This document shows positions 13,960-27,960 of a stretch of DNA of 64,000 nt, piece by piece. The stretch is from Eledone cirrhosa (Eukaryota). The stretch covers positions 172,732,001 through 172,796,000 of the forward strand of contig OZ024741.1 in the NCBI GenBank assembly GCA_964016885.1. The letters run 5' to 3'. The notes beneath the pieces were generated by a model. The model worked only from the letters and a program-made list of their open reading frames with translations, had not been told where the DNA came from and did not search any database. A program made the translations under genes and the position numbers. How positions within the stretch are numbered: position 1 is the first letter of the stretch; every line of letters begins with the position of its first letter.

Positions 13960-15694
13960 TGGTGAAGGGTTTAGAGTGGAGAAAAAGGAAAAGACACCTA
14001 CCTGTTCTTCTCCTGGGGACCAGGCTGCACAATTTCCATGGGGGTGTCGGTGAGGTTGTTCGGGGGGGAGGGGATATGTGCGTGGTGGGGAGGGGGGCAT
14101 TTCAAGGGGACGCCGTTGCTTGGTCTAGTACAGGGTTGTTAGGTCTAGCATTGCGTAGGTGTCCTTGGGATCCTAATCATTTTTAAATGCGGTTTAGTCG
14201 CCGCGTTGGTGAACATTTTCCCTTCGGTTTCCACCGAAGGGTCTTTGTCTATTGTTTGCACAAGTGTTTTGTTGTTTGTGTTGATGTGTGTATACTGTTT
14301 TTGTTGTGTTGTTTGTTTTTGTTTGTTGTTCTTGTGTGTTTGCGTTTTGTAGTATGTGTTATGTTTTCGGGAGGGGTGGGGTTTTTTGTTTGTGATGTTT
14401 GTTCTGTTTGTGTTGGTGGTTGTGTGTTTGTTGCATATTTGTTAATGTGGTGCCTTCTTTTCTTTCTTTTTACAGGTTGAAAGGGTTCTCCCTCGTCGTC
14501 ACTGGTTGCGTTGATAAAGGGTCCTCGTCCGTGTTGTCGGGGAGGGGTATATTTTGGGGTTTTGTTGTGGTTGTTTTTGTATTTGTTTTAGGTGGGGAGG
14601 GGTCGGGCGGGACAGTGTCCTGTGTTGTTATTTTTTCGTGTTGTTTTTGTGGTGGTGGTGTTGGTGGTTGTGTTATTGTGTGTGGGGTGGGCAGAAGCGT
14701 CTTTGGGGGGGCATTTAAAAGGGGACAGGAAGCACTCAGGTGACCACTTCTTGAACAGTGGTAGCATGAAGGCCGGTTACCCTCAACAGAAATGTTTATG
14801 AAGGCGACTCAATCCAGGGACACACGCTGCGGTATTCTTGCTATCCGTTCTGGTCTCATTTGGACCAGAACTTCAAGGCTATTGCCGCCAAATACGCCCC
14901 CGGTGAATTCGCCAATCGAAAGGATTGTGTCCTCATCTTCTAAGAATCCCGTTAGCACCCACCAAATGCTCGCATTTGGCCTGATGCTCGAGATTCTTAT
15001 CTTTTGAGTTCTTTTCCCCAAATATGTGGGGAAAAAGGTGTATGCTTTGGATACAATTGGCGACACAGAATATTTCCGTGCCGCCAATTCATCTTGCATT
15101 AAAATAGATATGCTTCCATACAGTTTCCCTTTCCCCCTTTCTGTATGAAAGCGATATCCTTCCAGGAACTACTTAGGACCAGCTCAATTTCGCTTTGGGA
15201 CAATTGAGCCGGTTTCCTAGTCGTGTTCGAAACTGTCCTAAAGATTACAATCCTGGGGACTATGTCCCTTCTAATTTCTTCGGGGGAGGTAATTGTGAAT
15301 TCCCCACCTTCCCCGAAATTTACACAATTCCTTGCTTCTTTCAGCAATTTCTTGGCATTCGAGATGTCCAGTGCCTTGTATGTCTGCGTTTCTCGGACTG
15401 CCTGTGCGAAGGAGACTGCAGCTGTGGGTCCATTTTCTTTCGAGTTGTTATCATTGTTGTTGTTGTTATTCGTGTTGGCTTGCTTTTTTCATTTGTTGGT
15501 GTTGTTATTATTGCTGTTGTTGGTTGTGTTGTTATTGTCATTTTTGCTGTTGTTGGTTGTGTTGTTATTGTCATTGTTGTTCTTGTTTGTGTAATTGTTA
15601 CTTTTGGGGTTTTCACCCATTTCCACAATTTTTTTTTTTATTCCGTGGTGTCTTTTGCGGGGGGCGTGACATGCGTCGTATTAATGGCGTCCAT
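13960..15694 (-). pseudogene. Tx1 ORF1 (low-complexity Thr/Asn/Gln-rich regions and gag-like zinc knuckle), frameshifted
   Basis: ATG at 15694. CYHCSRSGHLSASC (CX2CX4HX4C) is encoded at about 14768-14725. Lies immediately upstream of ORF2. Confidence 0.75.
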
Positions 15695-15964
15695 TGTCAC
15701 TAAACGACTTTTTATCGACAACTTATAACTATTAAATTTCGCCCCAAAAAGGGGCGAAATTTATTTTAGCCAACGTCTGCAGGCCCAGGCGAGGGGTTAA
15801 ACACAACAAATAACAAATTACTTAAACAGACCTACCGCTTCTCGTAATAAATTCCGACAAAATGCAGGAGCGAAACAAAAACACGTCTATCTTCTCCGAG
15901 ATAGATAATAGATAGATAGATAGATAGATCGATAGATAGATAGATAGATAGATAGATATGTTTC

Positions 15965-16026
<62 letters not shown>

Positions 16027-16029
16027 TAT

Positions 16030-16071
16030 TTCTTTATTAGCCACAGGGGCACAAAAGAAGGGGACAAATAC

Positions 16072-16072
<1 letters not shown>
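16030..16072 (-). mobile_element. Very short 3'-terminal fragment of a Tx1-like element within the GATA tract
   Basis: ttctttattagccacaggggcacaaaagaagggacaaatac resembles the 3' end at about 10303-10348. Confidence 0.6.
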
Positions 16073-16147
<75 letters not shown>

Positions 16148-16588
16148 TTAGTACAAACAATTAGTTTGTAATTAGTTCTGTTTTAATGAGAGTAATTTTT
16201 TTGTATTTTTTGGTGTTTTATATATATTTTTATTAGAGAAAAACAATGAAGAATGACATGATGCTGAGCAGTGTCAACTATATATATATAGTAATATGAA
16301 GACTAACATCCGAACCGGGCTCGATAATGTGAAGATCCCGTTAAGGGTGAAAACGGCGATGCTTTGCTTAAACTTTAATCTGTTCTTATAATGTATGTGT
16401 GTGTGTGTGTAATAGTAATATGATCTATCAATCCCTGCCGTGTTAACGAAAGAAACCGATCACAAGATCCGATTTTTCGGTTGGTCTTTCAATCTAAACT
16501 ATAATAAACTAAGGAGTGCGAGACTGCGTACGGTTTATAAATGTTTATCCCATTAGTAAAATAAGTTGGATTACTTTGAATAAATAAT

Positions 16589-16773
16589 TGTTTCTACTTT
16601 TGGCATAAGGCCAGCAATTACTCAGTGAATTACTGGTACTTTATTTTATCGACCCTGTAAGGATGAAAGGCAAAGTTAACCGCGGCGGGATTTGAACTCA
16701 GAATGGCAAGGGCCGTAACTCTATGTGTCAAAGCATGTCCGACTCTCTACCGATACTGCCAATCCACCGCCTC
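16589..16773 (-). mobile_element. tRNA-derived SINE with 16-bp TSD
   Basis: Reverse complement of the SINE consensus; actttgaataaataat at 16573-16588 and 16774-16789. Confidence 0.92.
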
Positions 16774-17435
16774 ACTTTGAATAAATAATGAATGAATATT
16801 ACATAATTTATCTACTAAGTTTCGTAGCTGTTAATTTGAACTCAGAATGGCAATATCGGTAAGGGGTCGGATTCCATGATTTTTCAAGCAAAGAGTTACG
16901 GCCCTTTCATTCTGCTTTTTTTTTATTTTATGTTTTTCGTCATTCGCTACCCTGATTCCCGAATGCATATTTTATGCTAAATTTCTTCCAGAATTAGACT
17001 AATGAGTTTATTCTTGTTCAAAAACAATTTTAGTATTTATGCCCTAAAATTTAAACCCAAGATCTATAGGAGCAAATGGATGTCGTATTAATAGTAAAAT
17101 TATGTTCTGTACATCTCACTCATTATGTATCGCAAGAAGATAGCCAGGGCCATCATTTAAAAGAAAAGTTATTTTGATCACAACATCGTTTTATGATACA
17201 CATAAATATATCTTGAATCAATATTCCAAGAAGCGATTTCGTTTACCACGCTTTTTTATTTGCTTACCAGATGACAGGTAAAGCTTACTGTTGTATCCTG
17301 TGAGAGCCAAGTATGGTTAATCATAATTTGGGTATTTTAATGCCTTGCAAATATGAAACGTGTTATCTTCTTTCGCAAAAAGTTTTTGAAACCTTTTGTT
17401 TCTTTTCAGGCACTTTTAATTGGCTTTCGTAACTG

Positions 17436-18081
17436 CCACTCAAAGATCTGGTTCTACTGTTATGATCCAGGGACCAAGATACAGAGTAGTGGAAATGCAC
17501 TGACTCCCCAAGACCCAAGAAGGCCAGGCAAATCAGGTCCACTGGGAATTTCATGATGATCCCATTCTTCGACAGCAAGGGCATCATCTACATCCACTGC
17601 GTCCCCACGACCAGACAATCAACAAAGAGTAATATGTAGAAGCTTTGAGGCAGTTCAGAAACAAATTTTGTCGCAAAAGACCAGAACTTTTCAAGTCTGG
17701 TCAGTGGCACCTGCACCAGATCAATGCCCCCTTCCACAAATCCATCCTGGTGACCAACTACTTGGCCGATATGGGGATGAAGACTGTCCTTCATCCTGCC
17801 AACAGTCCAGACTTAGCCCCATGCAACTTCTGAATGGTCCCGAAGCTGAAGGAGAAGCTCGGGGGTATCCAATTTGAGGAAGGGGAAAAGATGAAGGAAA
17901 CTGTAATAAGTGCCCTCGAGACCTTCAATTTGGAGGACTACAAGGGAGCCTTCCAGAAGTAGTTGCAGTGCTACAACATGTTCAGTGATGTTGGGGGATC
18001 CTAGTCTGAGCGAGCCTAGGGTTTTGTGTTGATATGAGTTGAATAAATGTCTCTCTGATAAAAGTCTCAAAACCCCTCGTA
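17436..18081 (+). mobile_element. Mariner (DD34D) transposon, 3' half, pseudogenised, with right TIR and TA
   Basis: WFYCYDPGTKIQS, FFDSKGII, WHLHQINAPFH, HPANSPDLAPCNF (cf. HPPYSPDLAPxDF). Ends ...aaacccctcg-TA. Confidence 0.88.
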
Positions 18082-18891
18082 TATTTGTAGGTATCCAATT
18101 TCGTTTTCACTAAACATTACTCTTCTAGACCGTTTTAAACTCTTGCTTTAGATTTTCTTTGTAGCTTTCTTTGATTAGCACTCGGGGATTTGCCTAGAGT
18201 CCTAACGTTGTACAATTGATTGTGTTTTTTAAACCTTTTGAAACAGAATTACTTATACTATCCTTTTCGCCCACCGCTTCCTTTCATGAAGGAAAAGTTT
18301 AAAGGTTTTCTGTTAGTAGTGTAGGCACCTCATAAAATTGGGTTCTGGCTGCAGTCTCCTATTACGTTAGTGACAAGCATTTTATTTCAACTATTTTTCA
18401 CTCCAATTTCGAGTAGATGATATTACATCTGAAGATGAAGTCGTCCGTCTTTCGTTCTTATAAGAATCGGCTTGTCTCAAAAGATTTCGTTTTGTTCATT
18501 CCGAAAGAACGTTTGAAAACTGACTTTCTCACAAGACATTTGTATGCTTTATTAATTTCAAGCTTGATTTCTTACATAATGATTTTCGCTTCTTTTAAAT
18601 CATGAAATTTCCTTTTTATTCTTTCATATATTCATTGTAATCTAATAGGAAAAGATACTTTAGCATCAGAGAACATAATGAAACGTTATGCGATGTGTGA
18701 ACGGGTGAACTAATCTGAGTTTTCATTGCTGATGAAGGCTAGGTGCGATTGATAAGAAGTTAACATTTATAAATCAGGTTAACTCAAAAATGTGTAAAAC
18801 GAAACGCCGGAGTAAATATGCGAATATATATTCATAGATATCTATAAATGTGTGTATAATATATAAATGTATAAATGTATAAATATATAAA

Positions 18892-18957
18892 TGTATTACG
18901 TAATAAAATTTATTCCCACTCATCTGGATTATGGTGCTTTTAATAATATTTTTGTAG

Positions 18958-18991
<34 letters not shown>

Positions 18992-19008
18992 CTACAAAAG
19001 TTATATAG

Positions 19009-19040
<32 letters not shown>

Positions 19041-19104
19041 CTACAAAAATATTATTAAAAGCACCATAATCCAGATGAGTGGGAATAAATTTTAGCGTAA
19101 TACA
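18892..19104. repeat. Inverted repeat (about 68-bp arms) flanking a (TA)n tract
   Basis: aaatttattcccactcatctggattatggtgcttttaataatatttttgtagtta and its reverse complement at 19037-19104. Confidence 0.85.
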
Positions 19105-19272
19105 CGTGTTTCATCGTATGCATTACATATAGGTTTTGGACCGCTAACATTTGATTATTGTAATAAAATTAACTCCGTTAATTGTTACACTTGGAACCAA
19201 TATAACTACCAAAGATCTACCAATTGGAATCATTCGTGCGTTGAGTAAAACACACATACATATATATATGTG

Positions 19273-19303
<31 letters not shown>

Positions 19304-19317
19304 ATATACACACACAC

Positions 19318-19408
<91 letters not shown>

Positions 19409-19655
19409 AGAGAGAGTCTTGTTTGATGGTTCTGTAAGTACTCAGCTAAAACAACAGAGTAACAAGTCTCATTCCTTAACCATGATGAAAAAATTATACT
19501 AAACTCTACTTCTGTATTGAATACTCATTCTTGCCTCCGTCAACATCACATGTATATTTACAAAATGGCTGATTAAATACACAGGTGTTTTTTTTCCCCT
19601 TTTTTCTCGTTACTTCCTCTTCTACCTTTCTGTTTCATCTTTTTTTCTCTTTCTA

Positions 19656-19694
19656 TCCTCTGATGAAGTACAAGTAGTGTCCGAAACGTTAAGA
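19656..19694 (+). ncRNA. Minimal type I hammerhead-like motif (Penelope-type)
   Basis: tcct-CTGATGA-agtac-aagtagt-gtcc-GAAAC-GTT-aaga. Core boxes are intact, stem III is palindromic (AACGTT), stems I and II each have a mismatch. Confidence 0.55.
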
Positions 19695-19801
19695 CTCTTT
19701 TCCATCAAGCGTTAAACAAATATATTTCTTCATTGTACTGTGTCGTTTGCTTTGTTATATCTGTTTACCAATGTTATATCTGTTTACTTTTTGCATACAT
19801 A

Positions 19802-19918
<117 letters not shown>

Positions 19919-21491
19919 AATGTATACAATCCATTTTTATAACCGTTGAGCGGATAGGAATTTTAGAATTCAAGGTTAGTTGCTTCAATATTTTTGACTA
20001 TGAAAACTATTTTACCAGAGCGCCAGTTGGCGATTTTTTCCATTATTTTTAAGCCTTATCATTCAGCCAGAAAATATGTCAACAATCTATTTTTAGAAAC
20101 GTTGAGCGGATGCACCAAATGATTTTTGTTATAGTAACTAAATTGTTATAAAAACTATCTCGGAATGCTTCGCATACATACCGTTAAAATGAATTCTGTA
20201 GCTTACATAATACAATGTACTTAATATTTAAAAAACGAAAAAAAGATAAAGAAAGAAACGAAAAAGAAATACAATAAAAGCGTATAGACCTTATTTTAAA
20301 GGAGAATAAATTATTGAGGTAGACTAGATGGAAATGTATTATAGATTATTGTCAGTTGATTACTATCAAATATTAAACTTATACCCAGAAAAGTTAACTT
20401 TAGTATGTTAATCAATAGAATAAATTCAAGGGTTATTTCGTTGTATTATAATCACTCGAGTATTACTCTTTAGCAGAACTTAAAAGTATATTATTCAATT
20501 TCTTTGTACAGAAGATATAACCGTAAATCTAAGATAAGTTTAAACGAGAGAAAAGATTTTCTTTTTAACTAATGAAGGTAATTTTATGAACGCTGGATCA
20601 CAAATCAATCTTGAAAAAGTTCGCAGAATCTTATGCATTCAACAAAGGATGATTTCTTGTTTCCAGTTTAAAATGAGTTTTTCAGACATTGAAATCTCAA
20701 AAGCTTTGACAAATCATTAATCACACTCAAACCCATCACCTATATATGAGATAGCTGAATTAATAAAAGAGTAACTTAAATTATCCATTTCATTTGAATC
20801 CTGTAAAGACCAAATAAATTCAGTGAGTGACGCAATGCGTATCTAACTTTCATTCCTAAAAGAATTCAAGTGTATATAACGACGGTCTTAAAAGAACTCG
20901 ACATAAATCCAATATATAATTTGCTTTCCTTTTCAGTAGATACTTTACATACACTACATTTATCGTAAAACATTTCTCCTCTAGCGAGCAATTGTCTGGA
21001 TTCCTACAATTACACATTACTCTAAGGATCTATTCTGTGTCATTATTCGATGTCCGAGATTGTCATAGTGGTAGGATCTGGTGGGGCTTCTATGCACTTC
21101 GTTGTTTACATTGCTAGAATCTATACCGGCTTGTTAGGCGATTTTTCTCTCTTAGCTAGGGATTTGTTACGCGTCATGCTACTCTTACTGATATTAGAAA
21201 TACTTATATATTTTATTTTGTTGTAGTTACTGAATGCTATATTATCTATGCTGCTGAATAAGAAAACTTAACTGTATTTTTGTTGATTATTCTCTAGTAT
21301 TTTTGTGATGGAGTGAAGTTTTCCGCGTAATATTAAAGAATAGTTTGAGTACATTAGAGAATATATGTATTCCGAATGGTGGTTTGTGCCAGATAGTATT
21401 TTACCTTCTAGTTCTCTTACTAGGTAGTACAAGATAATCTATACTAGATATTGTGTTATCATTCTCTAATTATTATTCTCTAACCCATTGA

Positions 21492-21707
21492 GAGCGGTGG
21501 ATTGGCAGATTGTTAGAATGTCGGAGAAGTGCTTAGAAGTGTTTGTGCTCGCTCTTTACGTTCTGAGTTCAAATCTTGCCGCGGTTAACTTTGATTTCAT
21601 CCTTATGGGGTCGATAAAATAAAGTACCAGTAACGCACTAGGGTCGATTTAATCGCATTTCTCTTCCCCCAAATTGTTAGCCTTGTGTCTAAATCAGAAA
21701 CCATTAT
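21492..21707 (+). mobile_element. tRNA-derived SINE (longer, more diverged variant) with TSD ttctctaaccca
   Basis: B box gagttcaaatc and SINE core; direct repeat at about 21476-21487 and 21708-21719. Confidence 0.85.
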
Positions 21708-21988
21708 TTCTCTAACCCAGTATTGGGATTTGATCCTACCATATTTCTTATTGAGCTGGTTATCGTTTGAATGTGTACTTCTCACTTCCTATCCTTCTTG
21801 AAAAGTATCAGGCGCAAACGAAATGGTGATCAGTTCAGAAAAGAGCAAGATTTTGTTTAATAGTCGAGTCTAGCAGAATATAGCCAGGTATTGATTAACC
21901 CAAAGCTACTGTAGACGAAACGTTGGTACTGAACTCAGAGTCAACAGGTTGTGGAACTAACTCTTTAACTATTCAACTATGCCTGCAC

Positions 21989-22093
<105 letters not shown>

Positions 22094-22344
22094 GTGTGTG
22101 TGTGTGTGCGTGTATATATATATATAAACAATATACGTAGCCAATCTCTCTGACGCGCTGAGAATAGAGATAATATAGAGGAAGGTGTGCTCATGCTATA
22201 AAAAAATTATTATAAAATAAGGAGGAGACCTTTAAAAGACGGAAAAGAAATTGCCTTCGACCGCTTTGAGTAATTTAACCCCATATCTCCCAGATACGAG
22301 CTAGGTTGTTTAACCGTAACAACTCTTTACTGCCTTTTAAAATA

Positions 22345-22882
22345 GATATGTTTCTTTTATTTGCCACCAGGGCATCAAAAGTGGGACAAGTACAAAGGGG
22401 GGAGTTTACACAAAAAGGCGTCCTCAATAAGGAGGAGGCAATAACAAAATATAAAAATAAAATAAAATATAACAAAAAATAAAATTTATAACAAAATCCT
22501 CAATAGAGAGAAGGCGCCTTGTGGGGTCGCACACATCCCCGAAAAAAGTGTGCAACCCTTTTCCTCAGGAGCACAGAGAGGGGATGCTCCCTCGTTCCTT
22601 CCTCCTTTCCACCTACAGGCTTATGTAAAGAGAAGGCCCATTCACACGGGCCATTCTCGCCACTTTCACCCACCTTTCATAAAAACGACTGGGGTGGAGC
22701 ACCTCTCTCTCCATCCTGATCCTTCTTCCGAAATGATATCGGAAGAAACGGACTAGTTGTTGGCCAGAGAGAAAGGTGCCTGACCTCAGTCCTTTCAGAC
22801 GCGTCCACCATACAACCTCTTTCGCCATGGCTATTACGCACAGAAACACCGCCTCTGCTTCATCTTTGAATGGGGGGGCGGC
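22345..22882 (-). mobile_element. 5'-truncated Tx1-clade LINE, 3' end
   Basis: Highly similar to 10300-10830 (FLCVIAMAKEVVWWTRLKGL...WVKVARMAR); short atagata motifs on both flanks. Confidence 0.9.
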
Positions 22883-23603
22883 TTATAGATAGCTGAAATG
22901 ACAGTAATAGACATCCATTTGCAATAAAACAATAGTAGCTAATCTCTTGGACTTTGAAGAACTGAGAATATAGAGGTAAAATGAGGAATTGAATCTCATG
23001 GGATGAGGTTCAACTCCTCATAGCTCCAATGGGAACTTTTCCCACGCCAACCATTATGATCGATCCCTGAGCTGATCGATATCGAAGCTATTGTCATGTA
23101 AAATAAAGTTCATTTATCGTGTAAACTTGACTTTGTTCCTGCTTACTTGTATTTACACTCTGCATTTTACAGCCGCCTTTACTCTGGTGAACACTGAAGT
23201 ATAAACCCTACACTAGATGGAACCTCATAACAGCATTGAGTGCTTTACTCGATAAACAGCATGTAAATATAGTTACACATATCTACCATATATATACACG
23301 CACACACACACACACGCATATATATATTATGCCCACGTGATTCATTCACTTGTCTCTATTTTTCCTCTCTTTTCGTATGCATACCACCATGTGTTTGTTT
23401 TCTTCCCTCCGTTTTCCCACTGTCCCGATAACTTAATTGAGTTATCGCTCGCACTGATTTTAGGTATATAGTCTTTAATGCGTCGAAATACCAACGATAA
23501 ATCAGAAGACTACTGAAGAGGACATTTTAACCCTTGTCTATTTTTATTCATATATTCATGTTCGCAACAACCAGCACGCCATTTTTCATATATATATATA
23601 TAT

Positions 23604-23881
23604 AAGAGTATTGAAGTTTGCTTGAAGCATTGTGGAATAATAAGTGAATATCTTTAACTCGTTTGGAAGCCTCGACAACGCAAATGGGTAAATCTCCGGG
23701 TAACAAGATCCGGTGGTGGAGAGAGAGATGTAAGTGGGTGTACGTTGAGATGCGTGGTGTGTATAATACACCACGCATCTCAACGTACACCCATTTACAT
23801 CTCTCTCTCCACCACCGGATCTTGTTACCCGGAGATTTACCCATTTGCGTTGTCGAGGCTTCCAAACGACTTAAAGATATT

Positions 23882-23884
<3 letters not shown>
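23604..23884. repeat. Hairpin-plus-tail insertion in (TA)n: 117-bp arms 23644-23760 and 23768-23884; sequence also present at about 36085-36235
   Basis: Near-perfect reverse-complement arms; the same peptide appears in ORFs on both strands. Confidence 0.9.
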
Positions 23885-23917
<33 letters not shown>

Positions 23918-23918
<1 letters not shown>

Positions 23919-24094
23919 CAAAGAAAGTGTGGTAAGAAACCTGATGGACCATAACGCATCAGAGTACTCGATACTGAGGGTAATAGAGTGGGTAATAGGA
24001 ATTGAGTCAGGACCCCGACGGCTGAGCTCCGGTAGTTTCGGATCTAGCTATCGAAGCGGCCGGAGCTCAGCCGTCGGGGTCCTGACTCTTTTTC
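23918..24094. repeat. Hairpin-plus-tail insertion in (TA)n (29-bp arms 24004-24032 and 24060-24088); homolog at 60045-60172
   Basis: Shared tail gtggtaag.aacc.gatggaccataacgca..agagtactc.atact.agggtaatagagtgggtaatagga. Confidence 0.8.
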
Positions 24095-24301
24095 TCTATA
24101 CATATATATGTATGTATATGTATGTATATATATATATGTATGTATATGTATATATATATATATATATATATACATATATGTTATGGAATACTGTTAGCTT
24201 CTCGCTACAACAATTTCTATACTTTTCATTTATATATATATATATATATATATACATACATATACATACATATATATATATATATATACATACATATACA
24301 T

Positions 24302-24373
<72 letters not shown>

Positions 24374-24414
24374 TATATATATATACAAATTAAAATGGAG
24401 AATTAGAAATAGGA

Positions 24415-24870
24415 CTATCCGTCATCAGTGGTCTACTAGCCATCATAGGTATTTCTTCGCATTAAAGACCCGATACCTCAGGCTAGCGCGAACAATAACT
24501 AAAATAAGTTATTGGGATAAAAAGAATTGGGTGGAGAAAGAGAGACAGGTAAACAAACGTGAATGGTGAGGCAACGTAAAGAGAGGGAAAAAATGAGAAA
24601 ATCAAGTCAATGATTCATTTGAACATAAGAACTTGCGAATATTGACGAGAAGACGAGAGACACATCCCAACCATGAGAAAATAAGCGAGGAAAGAATTAC
24701 GAACGGTGTGGGATGATGGAGGAAGTGAGAGAGAGGGTGAGTAGCAGAGAGTGAGTGAGTGAAAGTGTGAGGAAGAGGCTAGCTAGAGGGTGACTAGCAG
24801 AGGGGGTGAATGAAAGTAAGAGGGAGAAGGGGGAGAGAGAAGGAGGATAGCAGTAAGGGAAGAGAAAAAG
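24415..24870 (-). mobile_element. Dispersed repeat, probably Penelope-like-element derived (related to 23330-23530 and 35630-36310)
   Basis: Shared block ..cgc.c..c....ggtat...gtcttta..gcg..gaaatacc...ga..aCTGA(T/A)GA.gga in three places; no intact ORF. Confidence 0.4.
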
Positions 24871-24910
24871 ACATATATATATATATATATCAGGTAGGGG
24901 TGGTTTAGAC

Positions 24911-25582
24911 CAGTGGTTCTCAATAGTGGGCCCGGGACAATTTTGAGTGGGCCCGGAGAAATTTCAGTGGGCTTGGAAATTTTTTCAGACTTTCTTGGAA
25001 CTTAAGATCACACAAAATGACAAACTTTTTTTAAGTCTGAATGTTCTGTGATAAAATCACATGACTTAAGTTGACCTACATTATTTGGGGTGCAATAACG
25101 CACATACCTGCGCTATTGATGATATTTTTTTGAGAAAAAGAAACCTTCTTCAAACCCTCAACCGGGGAGATTTGCGGCTCAAGTTGAACCAATCCTTTGA
25201 AGTCCAAATCGACAGTCTTGTTGAAAGACATCAGGAGCAGTGCAGCCACTGAGCATTTGTGCATTGTTAAACCGACCATTAAATTTTTTCTTGTTTTTTA
25301 TTGACTTTTTATCAAGAATTCGTGTTCTTCACTCGTGAAATTTAAATGCAGTCGGGATCATATGGGGGTAAGTGTTCCAGAATGCTCTTTGAGCACTGAC
25401 CCTGGCAATTTCTAGGGAGTAAAGTTGTCTGGGAGAACAAAAAGATTGAAAAGCACTAGTATATACGAGTATATCATGTGGAGGGTTATAGTCCAGAATA
25501 GTTTTTGAGCACTAGTTTACGCTTGTGACATTTTTCGGGAGCTAAAAGTGGGCCCGGGGGTCAAAAAGGTTGAGAAACACTG
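24911..25582 (+). mobile_element. Non-autonomous hAT (Buster/Charlie-type) DNA transposon with 8-bp TSD
   Basis: TIRs cagtggttctcaa / ttgagaaacactg; TSD gtttagac at 24903-24910 and 25583-25590. Internal RNLL...RGDLRLKL resembles a Buster transposase C-terminus. Confidence 0.92.
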
Positions 25583-25784
25583 GTTTAGACGGTGTCAATT
25601 GAGTTCCTTGAACAACAATAAAAATTCCTACTCGTATATTAATGTATACGAAGCTGAGTATTCCACATAGATCAACCATTAAATCAATTATCAAGCTAAA
25701 TCAACATGACACAATACGAACTTTGAAAGCCGATAGAGGAAAAGTTAGAGGGAGGCGGAGCGAGAGAGAGAAGGTAAAAGGCAG

Positions 25785-25920
25785 ATAATCCCAATAACTG
25801 GACTGGTACTTTAATTGTCAATTTGAAAAGAATGAAAGGCAAATTTGACCTCGCTGGGAATCGAAATCAAAATGCAGACAGTCTGAACAAGTATAGCAAA
25901 GCATTCAATCCGATTGTTCT
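25785..25920 (-). mobile_element. Degenerate SINE
   Basis: actggtacttt...gaatgaaaggcaaatttgacctcg matches the SINE core reverse complement. Confidence 0.6.
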
Positions 25921-26014
25921 CTCAGTTTGAAATAAAAGTACACATAGCTTTTCAATGGAAATACTGAGACCCACTTATCCACATACAGCCGAATATGTAT
26001 TAAATCGAATACAC

Positions 26015-27511
<1,497 letters not shown>

Positions 27512-27799
27512 TAGGGTGTATGGTAGTGTGTGAGCGTACGTACGACGAACCCACCATGCAGACGACTGCAGATACTTTATATTCATAACCTTACTTGATC
27601 ATGCTAATCTGTTCTCAGTGCTCAATTCAACTTGATATTTTTCCCCAATCTCTGTACAACAGATGATATAATTGTGTTTTTAATCTCATCATAAATGTCC
27701 ACTTCCTCGCGGATGGGTGAAGCTTCGAATTACATATCCACTGCACATGCGCATTGAAACTCATTCTTCTCAACATATATGATATTTGATTTTTTTAAT

Positions 27800-27960
27800 G
27801 CGTTTCTTCTCTTAGCCATTGGACTGCGGCCATTCTGAGGCATCGCCATCAATGGTTTAGTGAATGATATCACCAACACTCTGCTTATATTTCAGCGATC
27901 TTGATTTGTCGATCTATTAGATTGCGGTACATAAAATATTACAATGTAAATAGCAAACAC
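27800..27960. mobile_element. Degenerate copy of a second SINE-like repeat
   Basis: cattggactgcggccattctgaggcatcgcc resembles, from memory, an abundant octopod repeat; single copy here. Confidence 0.4.

Larger units (their letters stand above)
10300..15899 (-). mobile_element. Full-length, disrupted Tx1-clade (L1 group) LINE inserted in (GATA)n
   Basis: Two-ORF layout with 5' UTR about 15899-15695. GATA tracts on both sides (about 10270-10300 and 15900-16146). The 3' end is shared with fragments at 16030, 22345 and 41780. Confidence 0.92.

Noticed and set aside
18100-18640. Possible very old Penelope RT fragment (RTQFYEVP, INKAYK on -)
   Set aside because: Too degenerate to support without a profile search.
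19940-21470. Possible host exons in non-repetitive AT-rich sequence (also 58200-59100 and 1400-2570)
   Set aside because: No ORF with recognisable homology or convincing splice structure; small exons cannot be excluded.
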